DNA from: Minisyncoccia bacterium
GTDB taxonomy: Bacteria; Patescibacteriota; Minisyncoccia; Phycocordibacterales; UBA918
NCBI GenBank assembly: GCA_041738755.1
Contig: JBGSPE010000011.1
Span: 70,658 to 134,657, forward strand
Length of the DNA stretch: 64,000 nt
Direction: 5' to 3'
A program made the position numbers and the translations under genes. Position 1 is the first letter of the stretch. The number at the start of each line of letters is the position of its first letter. The notes below the pieces were generated by a model. That model saw only the letters and a list, made by a program, of their open reading frames with translations, was not told where the DNA came from and made no database searches. Below are positions 56,046-64,000 of this stretch, piece after piece.

Positions 56046-58427
56046 TTATTTCAAAATTCTGGTCATCTCTGCCCAGTTTTGACCAACCTTCACCTCGGCT
56101 TTAATGGGAACTCCCAGCGTTTCCTTTCCTACCAAGACATCCTCCATCTCCTGCAAAAGCAGTGGCGTGTATTTCTCCACCAGACCATCTTTAATTTCAA
56201 AAACTAATTCGTCGTGAATTTGCAGCAACATCCGAACATCGTTTGATAGATTTTGTTTTGTAATTAGATGTGCGATAGCAACCATCGCCACTCGGACAAT
56301 ATCTGCGGCTGTACCCTGAATTGGTGCGTTAATGGCCATTCGTTCAGCTTGAGCTCGGATAAACGGCACACTGGAAGCGATACCTGGGAAATGTCGTCGA
56401 CGTCCGAAGAACGTCTCGGTATATCCAAGCTTGCGCGCTTCTGATTTGGTGTCTTCAAGATATTCGGCCAATCGAGTGAAGGTTTGAAAGTACGCAGTGA
56501 GAAAGGCTTGTGCCTCTTCGCGCTTCGTATCTTCACCAAGATTCTGTCGCAGCGCGTTCACCCCCATGCCGTAGAGGATGCCGAAGTTAATCACTTTTGC
56601 CTTGCGTCGCATATCTGCGGTAACCTCATCGCCTGATACACCAAATACTCGACTCGCCACCCCTTGGTGAACGTCCTCACCTCGTTTGAAAATCTCTACT
56701 AGGTTTTTATCTTGTGAAAGAATAGCGGCAATGCGTAATTCAATCTGAGAGTAATCAATGGCAACGAGCACATACCCCGGCGAAGCCACAAAAGCCTGCC
56801 GAATAGCCATCCCTTCCTTAGTCCGAACAGGAATATTTTGAATATTTGGATCTTTACTTCCCATCCGACCGGTGGTGGTTCCCGTCTGTAAAAACGTCGT
56901 GTGTAGTTTCCCGTCAGTCCCCACCATGGTTGGAAGTGTATCAATGTAGGTTGAAACTAATTTCTGTAATTCACGGTAGCGAAGAATGTCATCAATTATT
57001 GGATGTTCTCCTTTGAGCTTCTCGAGTTCAGATTCTTTGGTAGAACGCTGTCCGCCGGCGGTCTTTTTGGCATTTTTAATTTTTAATCCTAACGTATCAA
57101 AAATAATATCTCCGAGTTGTTTTGGGGAATTAATATTGAACTCCACTCCGGCGTGGGCATAAATTTTCCCTTCAAGTTCGGTCAATTCCTTATGGAGCCG
57201 AAGTGAAAGTTTCTTAAGATACCCAACGTCGAGTGTAATGCCATTTGTTTGCATCCCTTCAATAATTGAAATAAGTGGGCGCTCAATCTCATCAAAGAGT
57301 GGCCACAGGCCTTCTTCTGTTACCTTCTTTTGCATCGCAGTCACGGTGTCTTCCCAACCATTCGTTTTTAAAAATGACCGACCATAATCAATAATGTCAT
57401 CAATACTTGCATTGGTGCGCTCGCTCTCCAAAAGCCACAGGAGAATAGCGGCTTCTTTATGGTCAGTGATAGAAATACCTGATACATCAGTTGGAACTTC
57501 AGCGGCAGTAATATCGAATAACCTTCTTATTCTGTCGGTTACTGTCCTAAAACCAAATTCACTGAAAAGATTTAAAATAGTATCTGTGCTAGCTCGCTCC
57601 CGCCAGCGCGTTTCCTCTACCGCAAAGCTCTCGAGGGCATCAACTCTAATTGTGGCAAGCATTTTTGAAAATTCAGCATCCTCTTTCCCCTCTTTAAGTA
57701 AATTAATCATCCGGGGAGTGATGCCGAGCTCTTTAAAGGGTGCCTCATCTTTGAGGAGTACCTTATACATTTTTTCAATTGAACCAAAATGAGAGATGAG
57801 AATCGTGGCAGTCTTTTCTCCAATGCCAACAATCCCGGGAATATTATCTGAGGTATCGCCGCGTAAACCTTTGTAGTCTGGAACGTGTACCGGGCCGAAG
57901 CCATAGCGATCTTTGACCGTCGCTTCATCATAGAGAATGGTGTCTTTAATTCCCTTTTTCAAGGTGTACACCTGTACCCGTTTTTTATCAACACACTGCA
58001 AGGTATCCATATCGCCTGAAGCAATAATTACCTTAAGATTTTTTTGAGCCTTGGTGAGGTGAGCAATTGAACCGAGCAAGTCATCAGCTTCAAATCCCGG
58101 CCGCTCAAAGATTTGAATACCGAATGCCGCAAAGATATCGCGTGACCGCTCAATCTGCGCCACCAGTGATTCGTCAGTTTTTGAACGACCAGCTTTGTAT
58201 CCTTCAAATGCTGTGTGGCGATACGTCGCTTCTGGTAAGTCATAGCAAGCGACGATGTATTCTGGCTTAAACTCCTCAATAATTTTAAGAAGCATGGTCA
58301 CCACTCCATACAACGCCCCGGTTGGTTCTCCCGTCGGGGACGAAAAATCTGGTAGCGCATGATAGGCCCGATGCAATATTGCATGTGCATCAAGAATTAC
58401 GAGTGTTTCATCAGTTACGTTTGCCAT
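56046..58427 (-). CDS. polA: DNA polymerase I
   Basis: 5'-3' exonuclease (LDAHAILHRAYHA, EADD, GDTSDNIPG) plus polymerase A domain (DYSQIELR, RKAKVINFG, QIHDEL). Confidence 0.97.
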   Translation of the reverse strand: MANVTDETLVILDAHAILHRAYHALPDFSSPTGEPTGALYGVVTMLLKIIEEFKPEYIVACYDLPEATYRHTAFEGYKAGRSKTDESLVAQIERSRDIFAAFGIQIFERPGFEADDLLGSIAHLTKAQKNLKVIIASGDMDTLQCVDKKRVQVYTLKKGIKDTILYDEATVKDRYGFGPVHVPDYKGLRGDTSDNIPGIVGIGEKTATILISHFGSIEKMYKVLLKDEAPFKELGITPRMINLLKEGKEDAEFSKMLATIRVDALESFAVEETRWRERASTDTILNLFSEFGFRTVTDRIRRLFDITAAEVPTDVSGISITDHKEAAILLWLLESERTNASIDDIIDYGRSFLKTNGWEDTVTAMQKKVTEEGLWPLFDEIERPLISIIEGMQTNGITLDVGYLKKLSLRLHKELTELEGKIYAHAGVEFNINSPKQLGDIIFDTLGLKIKNAKKTAGGQRSTKESELEKLKGEHPIIDDILRYRELQKLVSTYIDTLPTMVGTDGKLHTTFLQTGTTTGRMGSKDPNIQNIPVRTKEGMAIRQAFVASPGYVLVAIDYSQIELRIAAILSQDKNLVEIFKRGEDVHQGVASRVFGVSGDEVTADMRRKAKVINFGILYGMGVNALRQNLGEDTKREEAQAFLTAYFQTFTRLAEYLEDTKSEARKLGYTETFFGRRRHFPGIASSVPFIRAQAERMAINAPIQGTAADIVRVAMVAIAHLITKQNLSNDVRMLLQIHDELVFEIKDGLVEKYTPLLLQEMEDVLVGKETLGVPIKAEVKVGQNWAEMTRILK

Positions 58428-58466
58428 TTGTTTCTTTAGTATACCTGGTTTCTCAAGGCTGGCACT

Positions 58467-58922
58467 CTATACTTCCTCGCCGGTAACTTGTGCGATTCGC
58501 CTTTCTGTCTCATCAATTTCTATTGAAATGTGTATATGGTCAGGTGGCAAGACAGGGGCAATTTTCTCTGGCCATTCAATACATATGAGCGTGTGTGCTT
58601 GTTCGAGTAACTGAGAAAATTGTAATGGCCGAAGCTCATCCAACTCTTCAATTCGATAGGCATCAATGTGTACTAATTCGGAGAACTGCGGGTGGGTTGT
58701 CTGATACTGCTTCATAATAGTAAAGGTTGGGCTGGTGACGATATCTGTTACACCCAACTGCTGCGCCAACTCTTGAACAAAGGTTGTCTTCCCTGCCCCC
58801 AAATCACCTTGAAACGATAATACGACCGCCTTATTCTTTGGTCGCTCTGCTGCCATCAGGATGACATCAGTCACCACACGGGGTAAATCTTCTAATTGAT
58901 AGATGTACTTCTTTTCGAACAT
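58467..58922 (-). CDS. tsaE: tRNA threonylcarbamoyladenosine biosynthesis ATPase
   Basis: GDLGAGKTT, SPTF, HIDAYR and IEWPE. Confidence 0.95.
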   Translation of the reverse strand: MFEKKYIYQLEDLPRVVTDVILMAAERPKNKAVVLSFQGDLGAGKTTFVQELAQQLGVTDIVTSPTFTIMKQYQTTHPQFSELVHIDAYRIEELDELRPLQFSQLLEQAHTLICIEWPEKIAPVLPPDHIHISIEIDETERRIAQVTGEEV

Positions 58923-59002
58923 ATCGACTGACTGTAGCAAATCTAATCGCTTCTGAACACTATGCATTTCAGCACTTTTTTGCATGGTATCATTATTGGT
59001 AC

Positions 59003-60742
59003 ATGATTCAATTTAACGATTCGTTCTCAAATACCAAACTAGCCGGTCTTCATAATGTTGAGGAAGAGCGATTTGTGCAAACTATTGCCAGCCAATATGG
59101 GATGAATTATATCAATCTTCAAGGGTATACCATCAACCCTGAAGCACTCGTAATGGTGCCAGAAGCTAAGTCACGGAAACTAGAAGTAGCTTGTTTTGAT
59201 CACAGTCAGAGCTCAATCAAGATAGCTGCCAAAAACCCTAATGATCCAGCGGTGCAAAATCTTTTCCAAGAACTAGCAGCGCGCAAATATGTCCTCGATA
59301 TTTATATCTGCTCAAACGGAAGTCTTGAACATGCCTGGAAACGCTATCAAGATGTCGTAAGTTCAAACGCTGAAAAAAAAGGTGTCTTAGAGATTGATCC
59401 AAAAGACATCGAACGATTGATGGGCAGTATCAAGGAGTTAAAAGATGTGGATGCAGTCTTAAAACATATCACCACCATTAACAATTCAAGGCGTATCAGT
59501 GAAACACTCGAGCTTATCTTTGCGGGGGCAATTGCCCTGCGAGCATCTGACATTCACATTGAACCAGAAGAAGGAAGCGTGCGCGTACGGTACCGATTTG
59601 ATGGTGTGCTTCATGATGCGACCGATGTAGATAGCTACATTTACAAAAGAATTATCACTCGCCTCAAACTGCTTTCAGGCATGATGCTCAATTCAAAAAA
59701 AATCGCTCAAGATGGTCGTTTTACCTTCACGGCTGGCGAACGTGAGATTGAAATCCGCTCATCGATTATTCCTGGCTCAATTGATGAATCAATTGTGATG
59801 CGTATTCTCGACCCTGGTGTCGCAAGTTTCAGCATGGAAAAGCTTCGCCTTAACAACATCATCTCAGCCGTGATTAAGGAGCAAATTAAAAAACCCAACG
59901 GGTTAATTTTTACAACCGGGCCGACTGGTTCAGGAAAGACGACAGCCCTATATGCCTTTTTGCGTGAGGCTCACAATGACGGAGTTAAAATTATCACGAT
60001 TGAAAATCCCGTTGAATACAAACTCGAAGGAATCGTCCAAACCCAAACAGACAAAGACTATACGTTTGCAAGCGGCTTGCGAGCAATTCTGCGCCAAGAC
60101 CCCGACATCATTATGATTGGAGAAGTCCGTGATCAAGAAGTGGCTGAGACGGCCATGCATGCCGCCCAAACCGGACACTTGGTTTTCACTACGTTGCACA
60201 CCAACAGTGCTGCTGCTGGCTTCCCGCGTCTGATTGACCTCGGGATAGACCCGCGTATCTTTGGTACCTCAATTAATATCATGTTGGGGCAGCGACTCGT
60301 TCGAATCTTATGTCCAGAATGTAAGGCCGCCCACCCTGCCAACGCCGCTGAGGAAAGACTCATTACCACGGTTCTGGCCACTCACCCGCACCCCCAAACA
60401 GCCACTTCTCCGTTCACGCTATACCAACCTGTTGGCTGTGGCCACTGTGGTGATACTGGCTATAAGGGACGAGCAGGTATTTTTGAAGGAATTATTGTTG
60501 ATGATGCAGTGGAGGAAGCAATTATCCGAGACCCGCGCGAGCATGTGATTTTAGATGCAGCCAGGCCGCAAGGCATTCCAACCATGCTCGAGGATGGTAT
60601 TGAAAAAATCCTCAACGGCACCACTTCGATGGCTGAGCTTGCTCGCGTGATTGAACTCCCAAATGAACATGAATTAGCCGCAGTTCCAGATACAACAAAA
60701 AAACCATCTGTCGAAGATGATTTCTCGTCACATATTGTGTAA
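59003..60742 (+). CDS. GspE/PulE/PilB family secretion ATPase
   Basis: ASDIHIEP, GPTGSGKTT, LRQDPDIIMIGEVRD, TGHLVFTTLH and CxxC pairs. Confidence 0.95.
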   Translation: MIQFNDSFSNTKLAGLHNVEEERFVQTIASQYGMNYINLQGYTINPEALVMVPEAKSRKLEVACFDHSQSSIKIAAKNPNDPAVQNLFQELAARKYVLDIYICSNGSLEHAWKRYQDVVSSNAEKKGVLEIDPKDIERLMGSIKELKDVDAVLKHITTINNSRRISETLELIFAGAIALRASDIHIEPEEGSVRVRYRFDGVLHDATDVDSYIYKRIITRLKLLSGMMLNSKKIAQDGRFTFTAGEREIEIRSSIIPGSIDESIVMRILDPGVASFSMEKLRLNNIISAVIKEQIKKPNGLIFTTGPTGSGKTTALYAFLREAHNDGVKIITIENPVEYKLEGIVQTQTDKDYTFASGLRAILRQDPDIIMIGEVRDQEVAETAMHAAQTGHLVFTTLHTNSAAAGFPRLIDLGIDPRIFGTSINIMLGQRLVRILCPECKAAHPANAAEERLITTVLATHPHPQTATSPFTLYQPVGCGHCGDTGYKGRAGIFEGIIVDDAVEEAIIRDPREHVILDAARPQGIPTMLEDGIEKILNGTTSMAELARVIELPNEHELAAVPDTTKKPSVEDDFSSHIV

Positions 60743-60757
60743 TTTAGAGGGAGCAAC

Positions 60758-61040
60758 ATTTGAGAAGTGAATCGACGCGGGGTCAATACAACATCTCAAA
60801 TTTTTATGATACTGTCAGGTCAGTTCCTGACGGCTCCAGAATATAACTCTCTAAGCAAGACTTCCGCATTGAAAGTGAATACCGCGCTAAGGAAGTCTAC
60901 AGCACTCTCACTCCAGGGTGAGCGCCATGTACCCCTCGCAACGTATCCAAGTTTGCTTAGAGAGTTATCGTCTGGAACAGACAATGGTTTATAAAAACAG
61001 TGTGCAAAGCACGGTGGCGGGGCCACGAGAACAATCAATT
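60758..61040 (-). ncRNA. Candidate structured ncRNA
   Basis: 16-bp perfect stem (60843-58/60953-68) extended by TCCAGA/TCTGGA enclosing two hairpins; downstream of a sigma70-type promoter; no convincing ORF. Confidence 0.5.
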
Positions 61041-61046
61041 GCATAT

Positions 61047-61074
61047 ATCTTAGCATATATTAATTATTTGTCAA
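61047..61074 (-). promoter_or_regulatory. Sigma70-type promoter
   Basis: TTGACA-N16-TAAGAT with extended -10 TG. Confidence 0.6.
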
Positions 61075-61144
61075 CTACCTTGTGGTCGTTTCTATTTCAT
61101 GTCTCTCTTCGCCCGAAAAGGCGATTTTTGTTATACTAGAAGAC

Positions 61145-62131
61145 ATGGAAAAACCACTGACTGTTACCAAAGATGATGCCGGTGGTCTTGATAAGTCACT
61201 CCGCCCTCAAGCGTGGGAAGAATACATCGGACAAAGTAAAACCAAGGAAAATCTCCGAATTCTTTTAACCGCCGCGCGCGAACGAGGCCACGCCGCCGAG
61301 CATATTCTGCTTTATGGTCCACCCGGGCTTGGGAAAACGACGCTCGCCAACCTGATTGCAAAAACATTGGGCACCAACATGCGGATTACCTCTGGTCCAG
61401 CCATTGAACGGGTTGGGGACTTAGCGGCAATATTAACTAACCTCTCGCCCGGGGACGTGTTATTTATTGATGAAATCCACCGCCTGTCAAAAAGTATCGA
61501 GGAGGTTCTCTATCCAGCCATGGAGTCAGGGGTACTCGATATTATTATCGGCAAAGGCCCGTCAGCTCGAACCGTCCAACTCGACCTTCCCCCGTTTACA
61601 CTGGTTGCTGCAACGACCCGCATCTCCCTTCTCTCTTCACCACTTCGGTCGCGATTTTCGGGAGGGACATTTCGACTCGATTTTTATACTGAAACTGAAA
61701 TTGCGGAAATTCTAAAACGTTCGGCAACCTTGCTTAAGGTAGATACTACCGATGAGCTACTTCATACTGTTTCAAAACGATGCCGTGCCACACCACGAAC
61801 CGCCAATTACCTACTCAAGCGTTGTCGAGACCTCGCCCAGCTTGAGAGTAGCCCCCTCACTGCGGAACTACTTGAAAAAACTTTTAATCTTTTAGAAATC
61901 GACACCTTAGGCTTAGGACGACCCGACCGGTTTGTGCTTGAAACCATCATCCACAAATTCAACGGTGGTCCAGTGGGACTCAACACTATTGCCGCAGCCA
62001 CGGGTGAAGAAGCTTCAACCGTAGAGGATGTAGTTGAACCATACCTTATTCGATTAGGACTCCTTGAACGAACTCCTCGTGGCCGCATCGCCAGCCCCGC
62101 CGCCTACGAACACCTACAAAATCAAATCTAG
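61145..62131 (+). CDS. ruvB: Holliday junction branch migration DNA helicase RuvB
   Basis: [26 protein letters not shown] and RTPRGR. Confidence 0.98.
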   Translation: MEKPLTVTKDDAGGLDKSLRPQAWEEYIGQSKTKENLRILLTAARERGHAAEHILLYGPPGLGKTTLANLIAKTLGTNMRITSGPAIERVGDLAAILTNLSPGDVLFIDEIHRLSKSIEEVLYPAMESGVLDIIIGKGPSARTVQLDLPPFTLVAATTRISLLSSPLRSRFSGGTFRLDFYTETEIAEILKRSATLLKVDTTDELLHTVSKRCRATPRTANYLLKRCRDLAQLESSPLTAELLEKTFNLLEIDTLGLGRPDRFVLETIIHKFNGGPVGLNTIAAATGEEASTVEDVVEPYLIRLGLLERTPRGRIASPAAYEHLQNQI

Positions 62132-62134
62132 TGT

Positions 62135-62692
62135 ATGTCTGGACATAATAAATGGTCAAAGATTAAACATAAGAAAGCCGCTACCGATGCACAAAAGAGT
62201 CGAGTGTTCTCCAAACACGCTGCGCTTATCACTATGGAAGTAAAGAAAGCAGGTGGCAACACGGACTCCGCCAATGTCTTAGCTGCCGTTGAACGAGCAA
62301 AAAAGGACTCAATGCCAAAAGAAAATATTGAACGTGCGCTACAGAAAGGAAAAGGGGTGGATGCGGCAGCCTTAGAAGAAATTATGTTCGAAGGCTATGG
62401 CCCTGGTGGAGTTGCTCTTCTCATAGAAGTAGTGACCGACAATAACAACCGCACGGCACCGCTCATTCGCCATGTCTTTACCAAAGCTGGACTTGAACTC
62501 GGGAGTCCCGGATCGGCTGTTTGGGCATTTTCTAAATCAGCCGATGGCTACACTCCCACTAATCCACTTACTCTCACGGACGAAGCTGGAGAAAAACTGG
62601 CAGATTTTATAGAACGACTGGAAGAAATTCCTGATGTGACTAATATTTATTCCGCCGCTGATACTAATGAAGACGAGTATGAGAGTAATTAG
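62135..62692 (+). CDS. YebC/PmpR family protein (short form)
   Basis: MSGHNKWSKIKHKK, EGYGPGGV and TDNNNRT. Confidence 0.93.
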   Translation: MSGHNKWSKIKHKKAATDAQKSRVFSKHAALITMEVKKAGGNTDSANVLAAVERAKKDSMPKENIERALQKGKGVDAAALEEIMFEGYGPGGVALLIEVVTDNNNRTAPLIRHVFTKAGLELGSPGSAVWAFSKSADGYTPTNPLTLTDEAGEKLADFIERLEEIPDVTNIYSAADTNEDEYESN

Positions 62693-63158
62693 TGTTGACC
62701 CTGGCTACGACAGACTGGGGGTAGCCGTTCTTGAATATCAAAACGGTAAGGAGTTTCTTCTCTACTCGGGCTGTATTGAAACTAATAAAAAGGCTAGTTT
62801 AAACGAGCGGCTTTATGAATTAGGGATGGCGTTTACAGTTATTTTGGAGACGTATCAACCTAACACCTTAGGAATTGAGACACTCTTTTTTAACAATAAT
62901 CAAAAAACTGCTATTGGTGTTGCTGCCGCCAGAGGAATTATTATGTATCTAGCTCAAGTCGCCGACTGCACTGTTTATGAGTTTGGTCCACAAGAAGTAA
63001 AAGTGGCTATTACTGGCTACGGCAAGAGTGATAAGGCTGCTGTAACTGACATGGTACGACGACTTCTCACAAACGCTCCGGCGATCGCCCTTGACGACGA
63101 GTATGATGCGATTGCTGTCGGCATAACGTGTCTTGCACATCACGGCAGAAACCAGTAA
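62679..63158 (+). CDS. ruvC: Crossover junction endodeoxyribonuclease RuvC
   Basis: VDPG, IETLFF, ARG, EVKVAITGYG..DK and DDEYDAIAV. Confidence 0.95.
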   Translation: MRVISVDPGYDRLGVAVLEYQNGKEFLLYSGCIETNKKASLNERLYELGMAFTVILETYQPNTLGIETLFFNNNQKTAIGVAAARGIIMYLAQVADCTVYEFGPQEVKVAITGYGKSDKAAVTDMVRRLLTNAPAIALDDEYDAIAVGITCLAHHGRNQ

Positions 63159-63234
63159 AATCCCCTCTTGATACGAGCCGGCCATTGTCAGAAGTTCGTT
63201 TCTTTGTTACAAAAAAACCGTAACCGATTTGCAT

Positions 63235-63507
63235 ATGAATTATATTAGAATTGAAGATGAGGAAGAGGAAGCGGAACTCGATGATGAGGTAGCTTCGCTG
63301 GATGATGACCTCCTTGATGAGGTGGCTGCTCCAGAAGAAGATGAACTCGAGGATGAAGTAGAAGGATTCGGATTGATTGCAGAGGATGACGAAAAAGAGG
63401 AAGAGGAAGAAAAAGAGGAAGAGGATGAACTCGATGAAGTTGCTGAACTAGAAGATGATGTCGAAGACGTCGACTACGATAGCTTCGATGATGTCGATGA
63501 GATGTAA
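63235..63507 (+). CDS. Hyper-acidic small protein
   Basis: About 55% Asp/Glu; open frame; terminator immediately after. Confidence 0.7.
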   Translation: MNYIRIEDEEEEAELDDEVASLDDDLLDEVAAPEEDELEDEVEGFGLIAEDDEKEEEEEKEEEDELDEVAELEDDVEDVDYDSFDDVDEM

Positions 63508-63540
63508 TAAAAAACTCCCCGACCGGGGAGTTTTTTATTA
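63505..63540. terminator. Bidirectional terminator
   Basis: taataaaaaactcccc-gacc-ggggagttttttatta. Confidence 0.85.
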
Positions 63541-64000
63541 CATCATGATGACCGAAAGATGTTTCTTCCCGCGTTTTAAAATTCCAACTCCGTTAATACC
63601 ATCGATGGCGGATAGTTCAGCATCCACGGTGAGAATCTTTTCACCATTTAAGGTAATGGCTCCGCTTTCAATAAAGGTACGAGCTTCTCGTTTACTTGAT
63701 GCCAACGACGTAGCTACCAGCACATCCACTGCCGACATAGCCTGTACTAACGCAAAAGTAGGGGCATTGCTTTGGATGACTTCTTTTTGCGCGTCAGTCA
63801 GTGACTCAAGTTTTGCCTCCCCAAATAGCAGGTCCGAAACCGAAGCAACAATCCCCGCTTGTTCATTCCCATGCACAATCGAAGTCACTTCGGCCGCCAA
63901 CACCTTTTGAGCCTGCCGCTTTCCAGGATTCAGCGTAAAATCTTTTTCAATTGCAGCAATCTCTTCTAAGCTCAAGAATGTAAACAGCTTGAGGTAGTCG
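63538..64000 (-). CDS. tyrS: Tyrosine--tRNA ligase, C-terminal part (5' end outside the window)
   Basis: YLKLFTF, RQAQKVLA.EVT..VHG and S4-like SKREARTFIESGAI...RGKK. Confidence 0.93.
   Translation of the reverse strand, partial: DYLKLFTFLSLEEIAAIEKDFTLNPGKRQAQKVLAAEVTSIVHGNEQAGIVASVSDLLFGEAKLESLTDAQKEVIQSNAPTFALVQAMSAVDVLVATSLASSKREARTFIESGAITLNGEKILTVDAELSAIDGINGVGILKRGKKHLSVIMM

Noticed and set aside
60885-60910. RNase P RNA (AGGAAGTC resembles GAGGAAAGUCC)
   Set aside because: The complementary 3' P4 consensus and other conserved regions were not found
1118-63910. Numerous short antisense or overlapping ORFs in the track (e.g. 9974-10510, 22792-23325, 24038-24616, 51092-51589, 55434-55940)
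   Set aside because: They are shadows of well-supported genes on the opposite strand or frame, with no motifs or independent signals

Overview
This 64-kb window looks like chromosomal DNA from a small-genome Patescibacteria/CPR (Parcubacteria-type) bacterium. That assignment is inferred from gene content and style: minimal PolA, pilM-type operon, GspE/PilB ATPase, L19 with an acidic tail, many apparently leaderless genes and tRNA-Arg(GCG). It carries housekeeping genes (rplS, rpsT, ruvABC, ruvX, polA, holA, murE, uppS, tsaE, tyrS), six tRNAs, and an oxidative pentose-phosphate operon divergent from a thioredoxin/CcdA/flavin-reductase-DedA redox module. A ~10.7-kb island lies downstream of tRNA-Ser and encodes a nonsense-interrupted serine recombinase, a ParB-methylase and a C5-MTase/GHKL/DUF6339/DUF6119-like putative defence operon. 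The most unusual signals are four. (1) A family of ~190-nt structured non-coding elements lies directly 3' of tRNA-Leu, tRNA-Arg(TCT) and tRNA-Lys, with a related arrayed form after tRNA-Arg(GCG); each has conserved architecture and an antisense copy of its own tRNA's 3' end. (2) An E2-like + E1/ThiF-like operon is followed by an unannotated 45-aa Gly-terminated peptide, a candidate minimal ubiquitin-like conjugation system. (3) The island's candidate defence operon. (4) A promoter-driven structured ncRNA candidate between pilB and ruvB. All family names come from motif recognition by eye; no database searches or folding programs were run.
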